From an uncultured delta proteobacterium (lineage in GTDB: Bacteria > Desulfobacterota > RBG-13-43-22): DNA of 64,000 nucleotides. Position 1 is the stretch's first letter. Each line of letters opens with the position of its first letter. The stretch lies in the NCBI GenBank assembly GCA_963802945.1, contig CAWDKY010000029.1, positions 96,001-160,000 of the forward strand. The letters are read 5' to 3'. Made by a program: the position numbers and the translations under genes. The notes beneath the pieces were generated by a model. The model saw only the letters and a program-made list of their open reading frames with translations. It searched no databases and was not told the origin of the DNA. This document shows, piece after piece, positions 61,967 to 64,000 of this stretch.

Positions 61967-63334
61967 TTATATTTTCGGCTTGGGAAATTTTTCCAGGGCT
62001 TTTAATGACTTTCGGATCTCTTCGTCTGGCAGTTCAAAATCAGACAGTTTCCCTTCGAAATAGGCATTGTAGGCCATCATATCCACCAGGCCATGGCCGC
62101 TCCAGTTGACCAGTATGGTCTTGGCTTTGCCCTCTTCCTTGCATTTCTTGGCCTCGGAGATAACTACGGCCAGGGCATGATCGGTTTCCGGTGCCGGGAT
62201 ATTCCCTTCGGTCCTGGCCCAGGTCACCCCGGCGGCAAAGGTTTCCAATTGGCCAACGGCCCTCGGTTCGACCAGTTTATCCAGGATGAGCTGGGAGACA
62301 ATGGGGGCCATTCCATGATAACGGAGGCCTCCGGCGTGAATGGGAGCAGGGACAAAGGTATGACCCAAACTAAACATGGGGAGTAAGGGCGTCATTTGCA
62401 CGGTATCCCCGAAGTCATAGACAAAGGGACCTTTGGTCATGGTCGGACAGGAGGAAGGTTCAACGGCGATAATCTCGACTTTCTTTCCGCCAATCTTATC
62501 TCGGACAAAGGGAAGGGCCAGTCCGGCGAAGTTGCTCCCGCCGCCGGCACAACCGATGACGATGTCAGGATATTCCCCGATTTTTTGAAATTGTTTCTGG
62601 GCCTCCTGGCCGATGATGGTTTGATGGAGCAAGACGTGATTTAAGACGCTGCCCAAAGAATATTTGCTGTTCGGGGTGGTCACCGCATCCTCCACGGCCT
62701 CACTGATGGCAATACCCAGACTTCCAGGAGAATTGGGATCCTGGTCCAATATGGTTCTCCCGGCCTTGGTATCCGGACTGGGGCTGGGGATGCAAGTCGC
62801 CCCCCAGGTGTTCATCATCAGCCGCCGGTAAGGTTTTTGATCATAACTGACCCGAACCATATAGACTTTTATTTCCAAACCAAAGAGGGCCCCGGCAAAA
62901 GCCAGGGCACTGCCCCATTGTCCGGCCCCGGTCTCCGTGGCTATCCGTTTGGTACCGGAGATCTTGTTGTAATAGGCCTGGGCCACGGCGGTGTTGGGTT
63001 TGTGACTGCCGGCCGGGCTAAGGCCTTCGTTCTTAAAATAGATTTTTGCCGGGGTCTGTAAAAACTGTTCCAGGGCATAGGCCCTACACAATGGTGACGG
63101 CCGCCAGATCAGATATTTTTCTAAAACCGGTTCAGGGATGTCGATAAAGCGCTGCGGACTGACTTCCTGTTCGATCAGAGGCATGGGAAAGATCGGGGCC
63201 AGATCATCCGGACCGACCGGTTGACCGGTGCCGGGGTGTAAGGGAGGTTGCATCCCGTTCGGCATATCCGGCAAAATGTTATACCACTGGCGGGGCATTT
63301 CGTCTTCAGTTAAAAGTATTTTTCGGGTCACCAT
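61967..63334 (-). CDS. trpB2: tryptophan synthase beta chain, TrpB2 type
   Basis: [24 protein letters not shown] (PLP Lys), [33 protein letters not shown]. Confidence 0.93.
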   Translation of the reverse strand: MVTRKILLTEDEMPRQWYNILPDMPNGMQPPLHPGTGQPVGPDDLAPIFPMPLIEQEVSPQRFIDIPEPVLEKYLIWRPSPLCRAYALEQFLQTPAKIYFKNEGLSPAGSHKPNTAVAQAYYNKISGTKRIATETGAGQWGSALAFAGALFGLEIKVYMVRVSYDQKPYRRLMMNTWGATCIPSPSPDTKAGRTILDQDPNSPGSLGIAISEAVEDAVTTPNSKYSLGSVLNHVLLHQTIIGQEAQKQFQKIGEYPDIVIGCAGGGSNFAGLALPFVRDKIGGKKVEIIAVEPSSCPTMTKGPFVYDFGDTVQMTPLLPMFSLGHTFVPAPIHAGGLRYHGMAPIVSQLILDKLVEPRAVGQLETFAAGVTWARTEGNIPAPETDHALAVVISEAKKCKEEGKAKTILVNWSGHGLVDMMAYNAYFEGKLSDFELPDEEIRKSLKALEKFPKPKI

Positions 63335-63448
63335 GATTCCTCCTTTTCCTTAAGGATTGTATTTATTTTGTTGCACTATTTTTTGTTTTCATTGAGAATA
63401 TGGTCCTTCTGGCAGAGGCGATGACCTGCCGGAAAAAATATGCGGTTT

Positions 63449-63477
63449 ACTATATAAAGATCGATTAAAACTGTCAA
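63449..63477 (-). promoter_or_regulatory. sigma70 promoter for trpB2
   Basis: TTGACA-N17-TATAGT. Confidence 0.5.
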
Positions 63478-63490
63478 TCAAATTTCTGAA

Positions 63491-63835
63491 ATGAAAAAAG
63501 AGGCCGTACCTTTAAAGACCATTGTCCAGGAGTTGTGGAGCGGAGGGAATTCCGTCATCGATCCCCTGATCCCGGCCGTCATTGAGGCCTGGGCCCAGGT
63601 GGTCCCTGACTCCATACGCCAGGGGATCTGTCTGGAAGGGATCCGTGAGGGGACTCTCCATCTGTTGGTTTCCAACCCTGTGGTCGGGCAGCAGTTTCAG
63701 TTTCTTAAGGAAACCATTCGGGAAAAAATGAATGTTATTTTGGGAGCTCCGCAAGTCAGAGAGATTCGGGTAAAACCCGGTTCGTTTCCGGAGATGCGCC
63801 CAACAGCTCCTGAGTCAGGGATAATGAAGGAATAA
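63491..63835 (+). CDS. DUF721/DciA-like protein
   Basis: W..VV...I, G.L.L.VSNPV..QQ..F.K..I...MN..LG...V.EIRVK pattern. Confidence 0.65.
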   Translation: MKKEAVPLKTIVQELWSGGNSVIDPLIPAVIEAWAQVVPDSIRQGICLEGIREGTLHLLVSNPVVGQQFQFLKETIREKMNVILGAPQVREIRVKPGSFPEMRPTAPESGIMKE

Positions 63836-64000
63836 GCGATAAAACAAGAATCGTAAAAAGGGGGAAAAGGGCAAAGGGCTTTCTCATTTTGACCTCCGCA
63901 ATAAAGGCAAGATTAACCCCTTTAGGTTCTATTTGCAAGAGGTTTGAAAAGAACTGGCAGACCCTTTCCTATTTGAGGACTTCATCTAACTACTCTTCTA

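Noticed and set aside
63335-63445. Trp attenuator or T-box in the trpB2 leader
   Set aside because: No Trp-codon leader peptide and no T-box consensus; only one modest hairpin.
212-63938. Numerous antisense or nested ORFs of 60-225 aa
   Set aside because: They shadow well-supported genes on the other strand or frame and show no independent motifs.

Overview
Bacterial chromosome segment. Gene content and repeat style suggest an anaerobic Desulfobacterota/deltaproteobacterium (inference). From left to right: (1) the 3' part of ppdK and an acyl-CoA ligase; (2) an accessory block on the 3' side of tRNA-Val(CAC) with a REC/HD-GYP phosphodiesterase, an AcrAB/OprM-type RND pump preceded by a candidate ~200-nt structured RNA, a Gly/His-repeat secreted protein and a Usp; (3) an MFS/spermidine-synthase fusion and two Fe-ADHs; (4) the housekeeping run xerD-cca-S2P-trpS-scpA-scpB-rluB; (5) a ~30-33 kb specialised lipid/type II FAS-PKS cluster (26.8-57/60 kb); (6) GNAT, tRNA-Lys(CTT), trpB2 and a DUF721/DciA-like gene. 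The lipid cluster has 5 catalytic ketosynthases, 2 CLF-like KS, 3 ACPs, 2 FabG, 4 hotdog dehydratase-like proteins, a stand-alone PKS-DH, 2 thioesterases, a CrtI-like oxidoreductase, PlsC, GT2, MMPL/LolA/ABC export and FOUR radical SAM enzymes. Two are B12-binding. The other two are a paralogous non-B12 pair with an unusual CC-x5/6-C-x2-C tail, sitting between an ACP and a KS pair; this sub-operon is the best candidate for new chemistry. Eight genes are broken by nine single-base insertions, which looks like sequencing error. One acyltransferase inside the cluster is a genuine pseudogene. Several MITE/REP-like elements and heptamer/octamer inverted arrays sit between genes. All product calls come from motif recognition; no database searches were run.
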